Shown: one piece after another, positions 19,001 through 28,139 of the stretch | Position numbering within the stretch: position 1 is the first letter of the stretch | Layout of the letters: the number at the start of each line of letters is the position of its first letter | Assembly (NCBI GenBank): GCA_965602675.1 | Contig: CBFCZO010000005.1 | Location: 2,524-66,523, forward strand | Length of the DNA: 64,000 nucleotides | Direction: 5' to 3' | From: an uncultured bacterium | GTDB lineage: Bacteria; Acidobacteriota; DATKUA01 | The notes under the pieces: generated by a model | Seen by the model: only the letters and a program-made list of their open reading frames with translations | What the model was told of the DNA's origin: nothing | Databases searched by the model: none | Made by a program: the position numbers and the translations under genes

Positions 19001-19316
19001 CTTCAAGAAGATGAATCTCGGCAAGCTGATCGGCACGCGCACCTGGGGCGGTCTCATCGGCCTCAGCGGAAATCCCCCGCTGATGGATAACGGAGGCGTA
19101 AACATCGCCGACTTTTCCTTCTACAATCCCGAAGGCGAATGGGACGTCGAGGGCCACGGTGTCGATCCCGACGTCGAGGTCGACGATCTTCCCAACCTGA
19201 TGATCGCCGGGCGTGATCCGTCTCTGGAGAAGGCAATCGAGCTGATCCTGGAAGACCTTAACAACCTGACGAAGAAGCCGATTCCTGATCAGCCGAAGAA
19301 GAATCCCGTCCGCTGA
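16035..19316 (+). CDS. Tricorn protease (S41, beta-propellers plus PDZ), exported
   Basis: Signal peptide, ARLLRYPDIHGD, PD40 repeats WSPDGK, ELNSSH, GYIHLPD, DVRYNSGG, AGSGGD and GTRTWGG. Confidence 0.95.
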   Translation: MRKLLIAGLVCLFVSALAGADEARLLRYPDIHGDQVVFVYAGDIWTVSANGGIARKLTTHSGMEGGPKFSPDGSKIAFTSDYDGNQDVFVIPAVGGEPLRVTYHPDPDTIVDWYPDGKSILFRSIRLTQLQIPRYNRLFKVPAEGGYVEALPLPTGELTSFNADASKIAYNRMSRETRTWKRYRGGMAPDIWIYDFAANEIEQITDFDGNDAFPMWNGDKIYFVSDRGPNSVMNIYSYDLNTKEVKQITRYNEYDVQFPSLGTGKIVYMNGGWLYVLDLATEQSSKLNVEIYDDKILARKTIENVQGYIHNFDLSPSGVRAVFEARGDIFTVPAKKGDIRNLTKTPGVRDRVPAWSPDGKWIAYFSDAGGEYELYIRTANGNGEVKQLTEGSAIWYDAPVWSPDSKKIMFSDVGVNLYYIDIETKKVTKVAHGQNEATSNFIGGVWSPDSKWIAYDLSSYNGFDSIYLYSLDENKSHKITSDMTDDTGPVFDPDGKYLYWIANREINFVRGYFDEDYILARAGRVVVATLKADTASPFLPESDEEKVKEEKKEGEEKKDEEKKAEGEKKAGEEKAEEEKALEIDIEGIENRIIDIPMPDGNYLGLVAASDKVFVVELPSLGGFGQGFTLHVFDMKKREVKEVVSGIRGAAFSSDGKKLLYRQGSNYFNVDAAPGVKPGDGRLDLSGLQMTVDPKAEWRQIFNDAWRQGRDWFYDPNYHGVDWNKMKQRYGQMVPYIAHRDDLNYLIGELIAELNSSHTYRGGGDYPDVRRINVGLLGCDLEPDKESGYYKITKIFTGHNWNPQRRGPLAQPGLKVKEGDYLIAVNGEELRYPANPYAPFINTVGRVVKLKVNTEPKAEGAVEIEVTPVGNDRMHRYLDWIETNRLKVEEATNGRVGYIHLPDTAGGGMEFFNRMLYPQVRKEALIIDVRYNSGGFIPSLYMHHLSRQLLSGWATRYTNGFLTPFAAHYGPKICIANGYAGSGGDAFPYYFKKMNLGKLIGTRTWGGLIGLSGNPPLMDNGGVNIADFSFYNPEGEWDVEGHGVDPDVEVDDLPNLMIAGRDPSLEKAIELILEDLNNLTKKPIPDQPKKNPVR
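17661..17771 (+). repeat. Low-complexity (E/D)EKK-rich coding repeat inside tricorn
   Basis: DEEKVKEEKKEGEEKKDEEKKAEGEKKAGEEKAEEEK, encoded by purine-rich DNA. Confidence 0.7.
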
Positions 19317-19341
19317 TCTGTGTCTGCTTCGCTTAATTTCG

Positions 19342-19380
19342 GGCCGGTTCTCTCATCATGAGGGCCGGCCATTTATTATT
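19342..19380 (+). terminator. Putative intrinsic terminator after tricorn
   Basis: Stem GGCCGGTTCTC/GAGGGCCGGCC followed by a T-rich tract. Confidence 0.6.
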
Positions 19381-19445
19381 TCCTTATATAAGGAGTATAC
19401 TTGTGTGTTCACCACGAGGACTGAAAGGAAGGGAGGAATTCTGTC

Positions 19446-21587
19446 ATGATGAGAATAGTAGAGGGTAGATTGTCTCGCTTCTTTTGGGCTTTAGTCCTTG
19501 CTGTACCGGTCTTGTTATTGGTGCAGTGCGGACAGCCTGCGGTTGAGGTACCGGCGCCGCCGGAAACCAAGGTCGACTTGGTCAGAGACGAGCTTCACGG
19601 CGTGGAGATCGTCGATCCCTACCGCTGGCTCGAGGACCAGGAGAGCGCTGAGACGAGGGCCTGGATCGATGCTCAGAACGAGTACACCGACTCCATCATG
19701 GGCCAATTGCCCGGTCGCGAAGCATTGAGAAACAAGATCGAGAGGCTGATGAAGGTCGATGATATTTCCACCCCCAGGGAGCGCAATGGGCGTTTCTTCT
19801 ACTCCAAGCGCGCCGCCGATCAAGATCTCGATGTGATCTACTGGCGAGAGGGCCTGGAAGGCGAAGAGAAGGTGCTGATCGATCCGCACCCGATGAGCGA
19901 AGACCATACCGTCAGCACAAGGCTTGCCGACGTTTCGCCCGATGGGAAAGTGGTGTTGTATTCAGTCAGACAGGGAGGAGTCGACGAAACCGAGATATGT
20001 TTCCTGGACGTCGACACTGGCGAGCACCTGCCCGACACCCTCGGGACGGCGCGCTACTACGGCGTGTCGTTGATGCCCGACAAGAGCGGTTACTACTACA
20101 CTCGCCGTGATCCGGAAGGGCCGCGCCTTTTTTACCGCGTCATGGGCTCTGCACCAGAGAGCGAGGAGATGGTCTTCGGCGAGGACGTCGATCCGCGTTA
20201 CTTCATTTACAACGAAGTGACGGATGATGGCCGTTACCTGTTGATCACGATCGGCTACGGCTGGAACCACAGCGATGTCTTTATCAAGGATCTTACCCGC
20301 CGTAATGCCGGTATTGTACCCCTGATTGAGGGAGTAGATGCCCTTTTCCATCCGTCCTATGAAGACGGCAGACTTTACATCTTCACTAACTGGGAGGCAC
20401 CGAACTGGAAGATGATGGTCGCCGATCCGGCAGGGATCGACCTTAAGCAATGGCAGGAGATTATCCCGGAACGCGAGAACGCAGTGCTCGAAGGCGTTTC
20501 CTTCAATGGCGGAAAACTCTTCGCACGTTATCTGGAGAATGTCCAATCGCGCATCGTGATTTACGATACCGAAGGCGCCGAGCAGGGTGAGATCAAGTTC
20601 GACTCGATCGGCTCGGTGACCAATATGGTGGGCAATTGGGATAGCGATATTGCATTCTACGGCTTCAGCTCATTCCATATGCCTTTCACAATCTATCGCT
20701 ACACGGTTTCAACGGGCGAGAGTGAGGTTTGGGCTAAAATCGATGTGCCGTTTGACAGCGAGAAGTATGAGGTCAAGCAGGTCTGGTACGAGTCTAAGGA
20801 CGGCACACAGGTGCCGATGTTCGTCGCCCATGCCAAGGGGATCGAACTCAATGGTGAGAATCCGGTTTTCCTCACCGGTTACGGCGGCTTCGGCGCCAGC
20901 TCAACCCCGGGCTTCTCCGCCCGCTCCGCAATCTGGCTCGAGCTGGGGGGTGTTTACGCCTTGGCCAACATGCGCGGAGGCGGCGAGTTTGGCGAGAAGT
21001 GGCATCGCATGGGTATGCTGGAAAACAAGCAGAATGTTTTCGACGACTTCATCGCCGCGGCCGAGTACCTGATAGCCGAGGGCTACACCAAGCCGGAGAA
21101 ACTGTTGATACGCGGCGGCAGCAATGGAGGTTTGCTGGTCACCGCTGTGGTGACTCAGCGGCCCGATCTCTACGGGGCGGTCATCTGCACCTACCCGTTG
21201 ATCGACATGATTCGTTACCATAAGTTCCTCGTCGGCTCGACGTGGATCACAGAGTACGGCAGCGCCGACGATCCGGAGCAGTTCAAATACATCTACGAGT
21301 ACTCGCCCTACCAACACGTGCGCAAGGATGAGGAATATCCTGCCGTGCTGTTCATCACCGGCGACGCCGACACCCGCGTCGCGCCGTTGCACGCGCGCAA
21401 GATGACGGCGCTGATGCAGTCGGCCACCGGCTCCACCAATCCGATCATGCTTCGCTACCACACCAAGGCAGGCCATTCCGGTGGCCAGCCGCTGAGTGAG
21501 CGGATCGATAATACGACCGAGACGATGCTGTTCCTCATCTGGCAGCTTGGCATGGAGACACCTAAGGAAGAGGCGACGACTGAATAG
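19446..21587 (+). CDS. Prolyl oligopeptidase (S9A), lipoprotein
   Basis: DPYRWLED, GYGGF, RGGGEFG, GGSNGGLL catalytic Ser, DTRV and AGH; LLVQC lipobox-like. Confidence 0.95.
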   Translation: MMRIVEGRLSRFFWALVLAVPVLLLVQCGQPAVEVPAPPETKVDLVRDELHGVEIVDPYRWLEDQESAETRAWIDAQNEYTDSIMGQLPGREALRNKIERLMKVDDISTPRERNGRFFYSKRAADQDLDVIYWREGLEGEEKVLIDPHPMSEDHTVSTRLADVSPDGKVVLYSVRQGGVDETEICFLDVDTGEHLPDTLGTARYYGVSLMPDKSGYYYTRRDPEGPRLFYRVMGSAPESEEMVFGEDVDPRYFIYNEVTDDGRYLLITIGYGWNHSDVFIKDLTRRNAGIVPLIEGVDALFHPSYEDGRLYIFTNWEAPNWKMMVADPAGIDLKQWQEIIPERENAVLEGVSFNGGKLFARYLENVQSRIVIYDTEGAEQGEIKFDSIGSVTNMVGNWDSDIAFYGFSSFHMPFTIYRYTVSTGESEVWAKIDVPFDSEKYEVKQVWYESKDGTQVPMFVAHAKGIELNGENPVFLTGYGGFGASSTPGFSARSAIWLELGGVYALANMRGGGEFGEKWHRMGMLENKQNVFDDFIAAAEYLIAEGYTKPEKLLIRGGSNGGLLVTAVVTQRPDLYGAVICTYPLIDMIRYHKFLVGSTWITEYGSADDPEQFKYIYEYSPYQHVRKDEEYPAVLFITGDADTRVAPLHARKMTALMQSATGSTNPIMLRYHTKAGHSGGQPLSERIDNTTETMLFLIWQLGMETPKEEATTE

Positions 21588-21638
21588 TGCCACGCGGAAA
21601 TAGTCGGCTGATATAAACATAGGTTCACTCGGAAAGAT

Positions 21639-21670
21639 AAACGGCTCGGCCAGCGACGGCCGGGCCGTTT
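21639..21670 (+). terminator. Hairpin or terminator after S9A
   Basis: AAACGGCTCGGCC-N6-GGCCGGGCCGTTT. Confidence 0.55.
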
Positions 21671-21744
21671 CGCGTTAACACTATTTGCTGCTATCATCGA
21701 GCGATTCAGGGGTGACGGCTATCTAAAATACCGGAGGGAAAAAA

Positions 21745-23985
21745 ATGGCCAGCAGGGGGTTGTGTTTGCGAGTCGTAGTGGTTTCGATTGCGGCTTTGAT
21801 CTTTCTTGCCGCGTCGCCGTCGATTTTACGCGCCCAGGAAAAGGCGAAGTTCACAATCGACGACGTCCTCAATCCGATGAAATTCTCCAGGCCGTCGCCG
21901 AGGGGCTTCATGTGGCTGCCAGACGGCGGTAGTTTCCTCTATTTCTTCAGGGATGAAGACAAGAACTGGCTTTGGCGCTATGACTGCGCCTCCGGCGGCA
22001 AGCAAAAGGTGGCGAACTGGACCGAGATCGAGGAGGGCCTGGAGGCCCAACGGCCGGGCAGGGAAGAGCCGCCGATGAACGACGTCAACTCCACCGGGCG
22101 TTTCGCGCGAACGAGATTGGTGATGTCGGACGACGGGTCGATGCTGGTCGGCTCGCTGAATTTCGATCTTTACGTCTTCGATGTTGCTGCACGCGAAGCG
22201 CGCTTTATCACTGATGACCTTGTCGGGGAGATCTTCCCCTCATTCAGTCCCGACAGGAAGAAGATAGCCTACGCCCGCGGCGGCGATCTTTACTATGTCG
22301 ACTTGGCCTCCGGGGAGGAGAAGCGCCTGACAGAGCGCCCCGGCTGCCACATCCTCAACGGCGTCTCCGACTGGGTCTACGAGGAGGAATTGGGCTTGAG
22401 GCAGTCTTTCTGGTGGGCTCCCGATTCGCGCCGTATCGCTTTCCTGCAGTTCGATACCTCGCCGATCAAGACCTTCCCGATCACCGACGAGCTGACATCG
22501 CCCGTCGCCGACCTCGAGTTGCAGAAGTATCCGAAGGCGGGCGAGCCCAACTCTATCGTACGGCTGGGCGTGATCGACAGCGAAACCGGCGAGGCGGGCT
22601 GGATAAACACCGGCGTCGACACCGACATCTACATCACACGCGTCGGCTGGCTGCCCGATGGCTCGAAGATCTGGTACATGTGGCTCAACCGCGACCAGAC
22701 CCGCCTCGAGTTGCGCTTTGCCTGCCCCGTCAGCGGCAACTTCCGCACTGTTGTTGTCGACGAGGATCCCGCATGGGTCGGCATGCGCGTCGATAAACTT
22801 ACCTGGGTCGACGGCGAGCGCTTCATCTGGGCGGCGGAGTGGGACGGCTGGCAGCACCTCTACCTCTTCGATATCGAGGGCAAACGCCTGGGGCAGATCA
22901 CCAAAGGCGAATGGGAGGTCACCGACATCTGCGGCTTTGACCCCACGTGGAGCTTTTTAATTTTGCAGACGTCCGAGGTCAGCCCGCTCGAGCGCCACAT
23001 TTACAGCGTAGGCCTCGACGGCGGCGGCTTCAGACAGCTGACGACGGAGGAGGGGATTCACCGAGCGGATATGCATGCAACCGGCGCGTATTTCATCCGT
23101 AACTTCTCGAGCCCGACCACGCCGCCTCGCATCGAAATTTGCAACCTGGAGGGCGAGGTGCTGCATGTCTTCGACGACGGCCGTATTCCCGCGCTCGATG
23201 ACTATGATCTGGCAACGCCGGAGTACTTCACCGTGACCGCGGAGGACGGCGCCACCCTGCATGCTGTTATGACCAAGCCGCCCGATTTCGATCCTAACAA
23301 GAAGTACCCGGTGCTGGTGCTGATATACGGAGGTCCGGAAAGCCAGGCGGTAACCAAGAGCTGGCAGAACCGCGGCATGTTCAACCAGCTACTGGCGCAG
23401 GAAGGCATCATTCTATTCAGGATCGACAACCGCGGAACCGCCGCCCGCGGGCGCGACTGGTGCCGAATCGTCCACCGCAACCTCGGCGACTGGGAAATTC
23501 GCGACCATGCCGAGGGCGTGAAGTACCTCAAGACGCTGCCCTACATCGACGGCGATAAAATCGGTATCTACGGCGGCTCCTACGGCGGCTACACGACGCT
23601 GTTGGCGATGGTCAAGGCGCCGGAGCACTTCAAAGTGGGCGTCTCGGCCTATCCGGTCACCGACTGGCGCCTCTACGATACGATTTACACCGAACGCTAC
23701 ATGGACACGCCTGCCGATAATCCCGAGGTCTACAAGGTCAGCGCGCCGCTGAACTTTGCCGCAAACCTCGAGGGCAAGCTGCTGCTGATCCACGGCACGA
23801 TGGACAACAACGTCCACGTGCAGAACTCGATACTGATGATTGAGGAGTTGGTCAAGGCGGGCAAGCGGTTCGAGCTGATGCTCTATCCGCGTGAACGCCA
23901 CGGCATCCGCCAAAGCCACCGCCGCGGCTACAACACTCGCTTGATCTACGATTTTCTGATGCGGGAGCTGAGGGGGATCAAGTAG
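21745..23985 (+). CDS. Dipeptidyl-peptidase IV (S9B), exported
   Basis: DWVYEEE, YPKAG, YGGP, GGSYGG, YTERYM and DNNVH. Confidence 0.95.
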   Translation: MASRGLCLRVVVVSIAALIFLAASPSILRAQEKAKFTIDDVLNPMKFSRPSPRGFMWLPDGGSFLYFFRDEDKNWLWRYDCASGGKQKVANWTEIEEGLEAQRPGREEPPMNDVNSTGRFARTRLVMSDDGSMLVGSLNFDLYVFDVAAREARFITDDLVGEIFPSFSPDRKKIAYARGGDLYYVDLASGEEKRLTERPGCHILNGVSDWVYEEELGLRQSFWWAPDSRRIAFLQFDTSPIKTFPITDELTSPVADLELQKYPKAGEPNSIVRLGVIDSETGEAGWINTGVDTDIYITRVGWLPDGSKIWYMWLNRDQTRLELRFACPVSGNFRTVVVDEDPAWVGMRVDKLTWVDGERFIWAAEWDGWQHLYLFDIEGKRLGQITKGEWEVTDICGFDPTWSFLILQTSEVSPLERHIYSVGLDGGGFRQLTTEEGIHRADMHATGAYFIRNFSSPTTPPRIEICNLEGEVLHVFDDGRIPALDDYDLATPEYFTVTAEDGATLHAVMTKPPDFDPNKKYPVLVLIYGGPESQAVTKSWQNRGMFNQLLAQEGIILFRIDNRGTAARGRDWCRIVHRNLGDWEIRDHAEGVKYLKTLPYIDGDKIGIYGGSYGGYTTLLAMVKAPEHFKVGVSAYPVTDWRLYDTIYTERYMDTPADNPEVYKVSAPLNFAANLEGKLLLIHGTMDNNVHVQNSILMIEELVKAGKRFELMLYPRERHGIRQSHRRGYNTRLIYDFLMRELRGIK

Positions 23986-24044
23986 GCGACCGAGGACTTC
24001 AGTGGTATCCGTGTCCGCTGGTGAAAGCGATTTAATTAAAGAGA

Positions 24045-24078
24045 AAAGCGGCCCGTCCGGTTCCGGTCGGGCCGCTTT
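24045..24078. terminator. Bidirectional terminator between convergent genes
   Basis: AAAGCGGCCCG...CGGGCCGCTTT. Confidence 0.75.
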
Positions 24079-24093
24079 ATTATGTAAATCTGA

Positions 24094-25131
24094 TTATTTC
24101 GATCGGGCAATGCGGAATCCCGACGCGTCGCAGCGGTTGGCTGCTTCGTATTCGTCGCGTCGGGCAGCTCGGATCTCCGAGGCGTCGCCGCCCCAGCGAC
24201 CGCTCCTGAGCACCCGCTTGTAGCCTTCGGAGCAGATCGGGTTGACAGACTGCTCCACTGAATAGGGGCCGTAATAGTCGTGGACCCACTCCCAGGAGTT
24301 GCCGCTCATGTCGTAGAGGCCCAAAGCGTTGGGAGCGAAGCTGCCGACGGGTGTAGTTGCCTTGCGATACTCGCCCACTACGGAGAAGGGTACACCCTCA
24401 GCGTCGGCCCGGAAGTTGATCTCATTCGACTCAGCGATATTCTTCCCGTTGCCGAACCGCACCCTCTTTCCGCCCTCCCTGGCGGCGTATTCCCACTCGG
24501 CCTCGGTCGGCAGGCGGTAGCCCCTGACCAGGATCAAATCCCGGGTGGGATTCCCGTTTTCATCCAATAGCTCTCCCGTCTTGAGATCATATGCCGCCGG
24601 CAGGCCTTCCTTCTCGCTCAGCCAGTTGCAGTAGTGAATGGAGTCATTCCATGAAAGGCAGACGACCGGATCGCTGTCCGTTTGCTCGAAAAAGTGTTTT
24701 CTCCAATTAATATCAGGATCACCGCCGAAGCGGAGATTCTCGTTGTCCCACCATGTGCACCCGCTGTAGGAGAGTACCTCGTCCGCGATCCTGCGCGCTT
24801 CTTCTTCCGGCGGACGCTCCATGAGTTGGCGAATGAGTTCCATTTGCTTCTCGACGTCCTTCGGGCCCTCCGCGGAAGTCACGTACCCGCTGTCTTCAAC
24901 AAATTCGCGGTATTCCGCCACGGTGATTTCGTATGGTGAGAGGTAAAAATCGTCCACCGTCACCTGATGCGCCGGCATCTCGTCCTCCCGGCCCTCTCCG
25001 AAGACGTCCCCCATCATGAAACTGCTGCCTTCCACAAGAACCATGCTCGCAAGGTAGCCGGAGAGCTCCTCGGGCTCGGTCTGAGTAGCGGAGCTGTCCT
25101 GAGTGGCGCATGGAAGTTGAATCGCGATCAA
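24094..25131 (-). CDS. Formylglycine-generating enzyme family (SUMF1/FGE-sulfatase domain) protein; true start probably further upstream
   Basis: FMMG, PVVCLSWND, YRLPTEAEWEYAAR, PNALGLYDMSGNSWEW and GFRIAR. Confidence 0.9.
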   Translation of the reverse strand: MIAIQLPCATQDSSATQTEPEELSGYLASMVLVEGSSFMMGDVFGEGREDEMPAHQVTVDDFYLSPYEITVAEYREFVEDSGYVTSAEGPKDVEKQMELIRQLMERPPEEEARRIADEVLSYSGCTWWDNENLRFGGDPDINWRKHFFEQTDSDPVVCLSWNDSIHYCNWLSEKEGLPAAYDLKTGELLDENGNPTRDLILVRGYRLPTEAEWEYAAREGGKRVRFGNGKNIAESNEINFRADAEGVPFSVVGEYRKATTPVGSFAPNALGLYDMSGNSWEWVHDYYGPYSVEQSVNPICSEGYKRVLRSGRWGGDASEIRAARRDEYEAANRCDASGFRIARSK

Positions 25132-25408
25132 AAATAGAGTCGCTGGGATAATAAGCGCTACGATCCGGAGAAACCGACGGAACGTAACTTCGAAATCCCT
25201 TGCCTTGCCGGATAAGGATCGATTCGACTGTTTGAGTAAAATGATATCCCCCGCCGTGCTTGCAGTTTAGATCGGTGAGAATACCGAATGTTTTTTTATT
25301 CTACATGTAATCGCGCTAACATTTTACCGCCAAGACACAGATGCACTTATCCTACCTCATCCCGTACCGGAAGCAGCGGTATGAAAAAGGTACCCGGTGC
25401 TATTTGTT

Positions 25409-26656
25409 TTACTTCAGATAGATGATCGGCTCGTCTCCGGAGCCAAGGTTGAGGAAGAGCAAGAGATAATCGCGCAGATGGCGCGTAATCAGGAAGTTAG
25501 CCCTGGCGTGTGCGTGGCCGGAGCGGCCGAGGCGCCTGCCCATCAGCGGATTGTTGAGGATCTGGCGAACGTAGAATGCGCAGCCTTCCGTCGAGAATGC
25601 CGCCAGGCCGGTGATCTTGTCGAGAATCTGGCGTTTGATCCCGCCCACAGGTGAGGCTATGACAGGTTTTTTCTTCCACAGCGCTTCTGTGACTGTCAGC
25701 CCGAATCCCTCGCGGATTGATTTCTGGATCACTACTGTCGAGCCGCGCACAAGGGCGTTGATCTCAACATCGCTGAACGGCGGCAGATTTAGGATGTGTA
25801 TATCGGGATCGTCGCCGGCCTTCTCGCGCACAGCGGCGAGCACCTCCTGGCCCTCGGGATCGTCGTCGGCGGCGCCACCGGCAAGCACCAGCTGAAGGTT
25901 TGAGCGTGGCTTTACAAGGTTATAGACATCGATCACGCCCAACGGATCCTTAAGCCAGTCGAAGCGCGAGACCTGTGTCAGCATCGGCCGGCCGGGATCG
26001 ATCCCGAAGCCCTCAAGCACCTTCGTGACCTTCTGCTTCGTGAGAGGCTTGTTTTTGTCGCTGATCGGGTCGATCGATGGGCTGATCATAAGCTGAGGTA
26101 TCTCCAGCGGGCGCGAGAACTCGGGCATGCTGAAGATTGACGCCGTGTACCTCTCGACATGTTGAGACAACCTGTTCCAGAGTTTCGCGTCGGAGCGCGA
26201 GAGGTCGATATGGCAACGCCATACCCAGCTTCGTGAATTCAGCCTTTCCTCGACTTCGATCAGGGCAAGTGGCTGAGGGTCGTGCACGACGATCACATCC
26301 GCCTCGGGATCGATGACCGACTCATTCCGCTGGTTGACTTCCAAGAAGTGATCGAATTCGGCCTGCTCAAATACCGTCCGCTCCCCGTGCAGGGCGTTGT
26401 GGACCTTCTTGGTGAACTTGAAGAATTCCTCGTCGCCTTCGATTACGTCCCAGCGGGTCTCGATGCCTAGGTCCTGCATCAGCGGTACTATCTTGTGAAG
26501 TATTTCAGCGACGCCTCCGCCGACCTTCGTCGAGTTGATATGCTGCACCCGCAGGCCGCTGAGCCGGGAGCCGAGCAAGCGCAGGCCGTCGAGCGTGGCC
26601 GGGGAAACGGTGTCGGCATAATCGTTGAGGGTTTTGGTATTTTCCTGATCTCCCAT
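25409..26656 (-). CDS. treT: Trehalose synthase TreT-like glycosyltransferase (GT4)
   Basis: HINSTKVGGGVAEIL, HDPQP, WRCHID, SRFDWLKDP and EGFGLTVTEA. Confidence 0.85.
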   Translation of the reverse strand: MGDQENTKTLNDYADTVSPATLDGLRLLGSRLSGLRVQHINSTKVGGGVAEILHKIVPLMQDLGIETRWDVIEGDEEFFKFTKKVHNALHGERTVFEQAEFDHFLEVNQRNESVIDPEADVIVVHDPQPLALIEVEERLNSRSWVWRCHIDLSRSDAKLWNRLSQHVERYTASIFSMPEFSRPLEIPQLMISPSIDPISDKNKPLTKQKVTKVLEGFGIDPGRPMLTQVSRFDWLKDPLGVIDVYNLVKPRSNLQLVLAGGAADDDPEGQEVLAAVREKAGDDPDIHILNLPPFSDVEINALVRGSTVVIQKSIREGFGLTVTEALWKKKPVIASPVGGIKRQILDKITGLAAFSTEGCAFYVRQILNNPLMGRRLGRSGHAHARANFLITRHLRDYLLLFLNLGSGDEPIIYLK

Positions 26657-27312
26657 CAGACGGCCCTCTCGAGCGTTTCCAACAACTCTTCCCGCACCCT
26701 TTCGAGGCTCCTGAAATACGGATCTATCGAAGCCACCGCAGCAGCGAGGTCATCCATGCCAAGCTGCTGCTCGATCCAGACGGAGAAATCGTTGTCGTAG
26801 GTTTGTTCGTGGATGCGCAGCTTCGATTCGATCAGGTGGAAGAAGAGCGAGGCGTTGGGGATGACGTGCAGAGCTTCTATCAGCTCCACGAGGCTGCGGG
26901 CGTTGGGGCCTGAGGGTATTACGAAACTCTTGCTCTTGCAGAAGTGGAAGACCTCGTCCTCGTGTGCCTGACGCAGAATGCGCTCCTTCCTCAAGTGCCT
27001 CTCGATGATCTCGATGATGGCTTTTCGCAATCCCTTAACCGACTTGAAGGCGGTGATGTCGATGTAGTTCAGCTTCTCGGCGAGCTCGTATTCGTGCAGC
27101 GCGCGGTGAGTCCACTTCGCGAAATCGTTGTTGAAGCCGTCCTCGGCGAAGTGGTGCTCGAAGTAAAACTGATGCGTGTGATAGAAGATCGACGCACGGT
27201 GGATGCTTCGGATGTGGCTTAGGAACTCCGCAAGGTTGATCGCCGTCAGGCCGGTCAGCTCGACGATGCGGTACTCCGAGTAGAAGACAAAAGGTTGTAT
27301 GAGCTTCGCCAT
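26656..27312 (-). CDS. DUF5752 family protein
   Basis: Internal duplication PF.F...SI/LF(Y/F)H...NDF..W; typical neighbour of TreT. Confidence 0.8.
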   Translation of the reverse strand: MAKLIQPFVFYSEYRIVELTGLTAINLAEFLSHIRSIHRASIFYHTHQFYFEHHFAEDGFNNDFAKWTHRALHEYELAEKLNYIDITAFKSVKGLRKAIIEIIERHLRKERILRQAHEDEVFHFCKSKSFVIPSGPNARSLVELIEALHVIPNASLFFHLIESKLRIHEQTYDNDFSVWIEQQLGMDDLAAAVASIDPYFRSLERVREELLETLERAV

Positions 27313-27323
27313 TTAGTCTCCAG

Positions 27324-28139
27324 TCAGTTTTCTTCGGTTGATAATCGTTGTAGCAACAAGTATAGAAACCATATCAACTCATCGGGGCAGGATGCAAGGT
27401 ACTTCGCAGTGGAATCCCATCCTTCCGGTTCTCCAACCTGGATGGTTACCCAATCGTCGCCGGCGGAGTTGAATACGTTCTCGTCGGTGATGTCGTCGCC
27501 CGCGAAGACGATACCGATGTGTTTGCCGGCTTGATTCCTTCGAAGCCCGCTCACCCAATCGATCATCGTCGTGCCCTTGTCGACTTCAGTAGATGGGACA
27601 AGTTCCACAACCTTTTTGCCCTCGCGCACTGTAACGGCCAGCGACTCGCTCAGAGTCATACATTCGCTCAGGAGCATCCGTCGCACAACCGAATGTCTTT
27701 CTTCGGGACATTGCCGGTAGTGGATCGCCAGACCCGGCCCTTTGTCCTCCAAGCGCAGGCAGCCAATCGAAGCCAAGATCTCTTCAAGATGGCTTTTAGC
27801 CACGTCCTTAATCTCGAAGAAAGCCTTGGCATCCTGGTGGTGAGTCAAGTTGCCGCCACAGAGGCGGGAGAGACCGTGGTTGCCTGCGATTTCGATGTCC
27901 TCGATACCGATTATTGCGGCAAGGTCTTCGGGCGAGCGGCCGGTGATCAGTAGCAATTTTATCTTTTCGGTTGCCCTCAGTTTACGAAGCACCTGCCGTG
28001 CCGCCGCCGTCGGCACTGCCTCGGCAGGCGTTGGGCGGATGTTCGTCAGCGTGCCGTCGTAATCAAGGCCTATCGCCAGGACGTCGGCACGAGCCAGCTC
28101 TGTGGCCAGCTTTTCCGCGATTTCGGAAAGAAGAATCAT
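27324..28139 (-). CDS. otsB: Trehalose-6-phosphate phosphatase
   Basis: HAD motifs LDYDGTL, TGR, GNHG, HYR, GKKVVE, DKG and GDDITDE. Confidence 0.92.
   Translation of the reverse strand: MILLSEIAEKLATELARADVLAIGLDYDGTLTNIRPTPAEAVPTAAARQVLRKLRATEKIKLLLITGRSPEDLAAIIGIEDIEIAGNHGLSRLCGGNLTHHQDAKAFFEIKDVAKSHLEEILASIGCLRLEDKGPGLAIHYRQCPEERHSVVRRMLLSECMTLSESLAVTVREGKKVVELVPSTEVDKGTTMIDWVSGLRRNQAGKHIGIVFAGDDITDENVFNSAGDDWVTIQVGEPEGWDSTAKYLASCPDELIWFLYLLLQRLSTEEN

Noticed and set aside
17154-19157. 667-aa antisense ORF opposite tricorn; similar long ORFs at 48175-50019, 46685-47740 and 42052-42957
   Set aside because: These are shadow frames caused by GC3-biased codons of well-supported genes on the other strand, and they carry no recognisable motifs.
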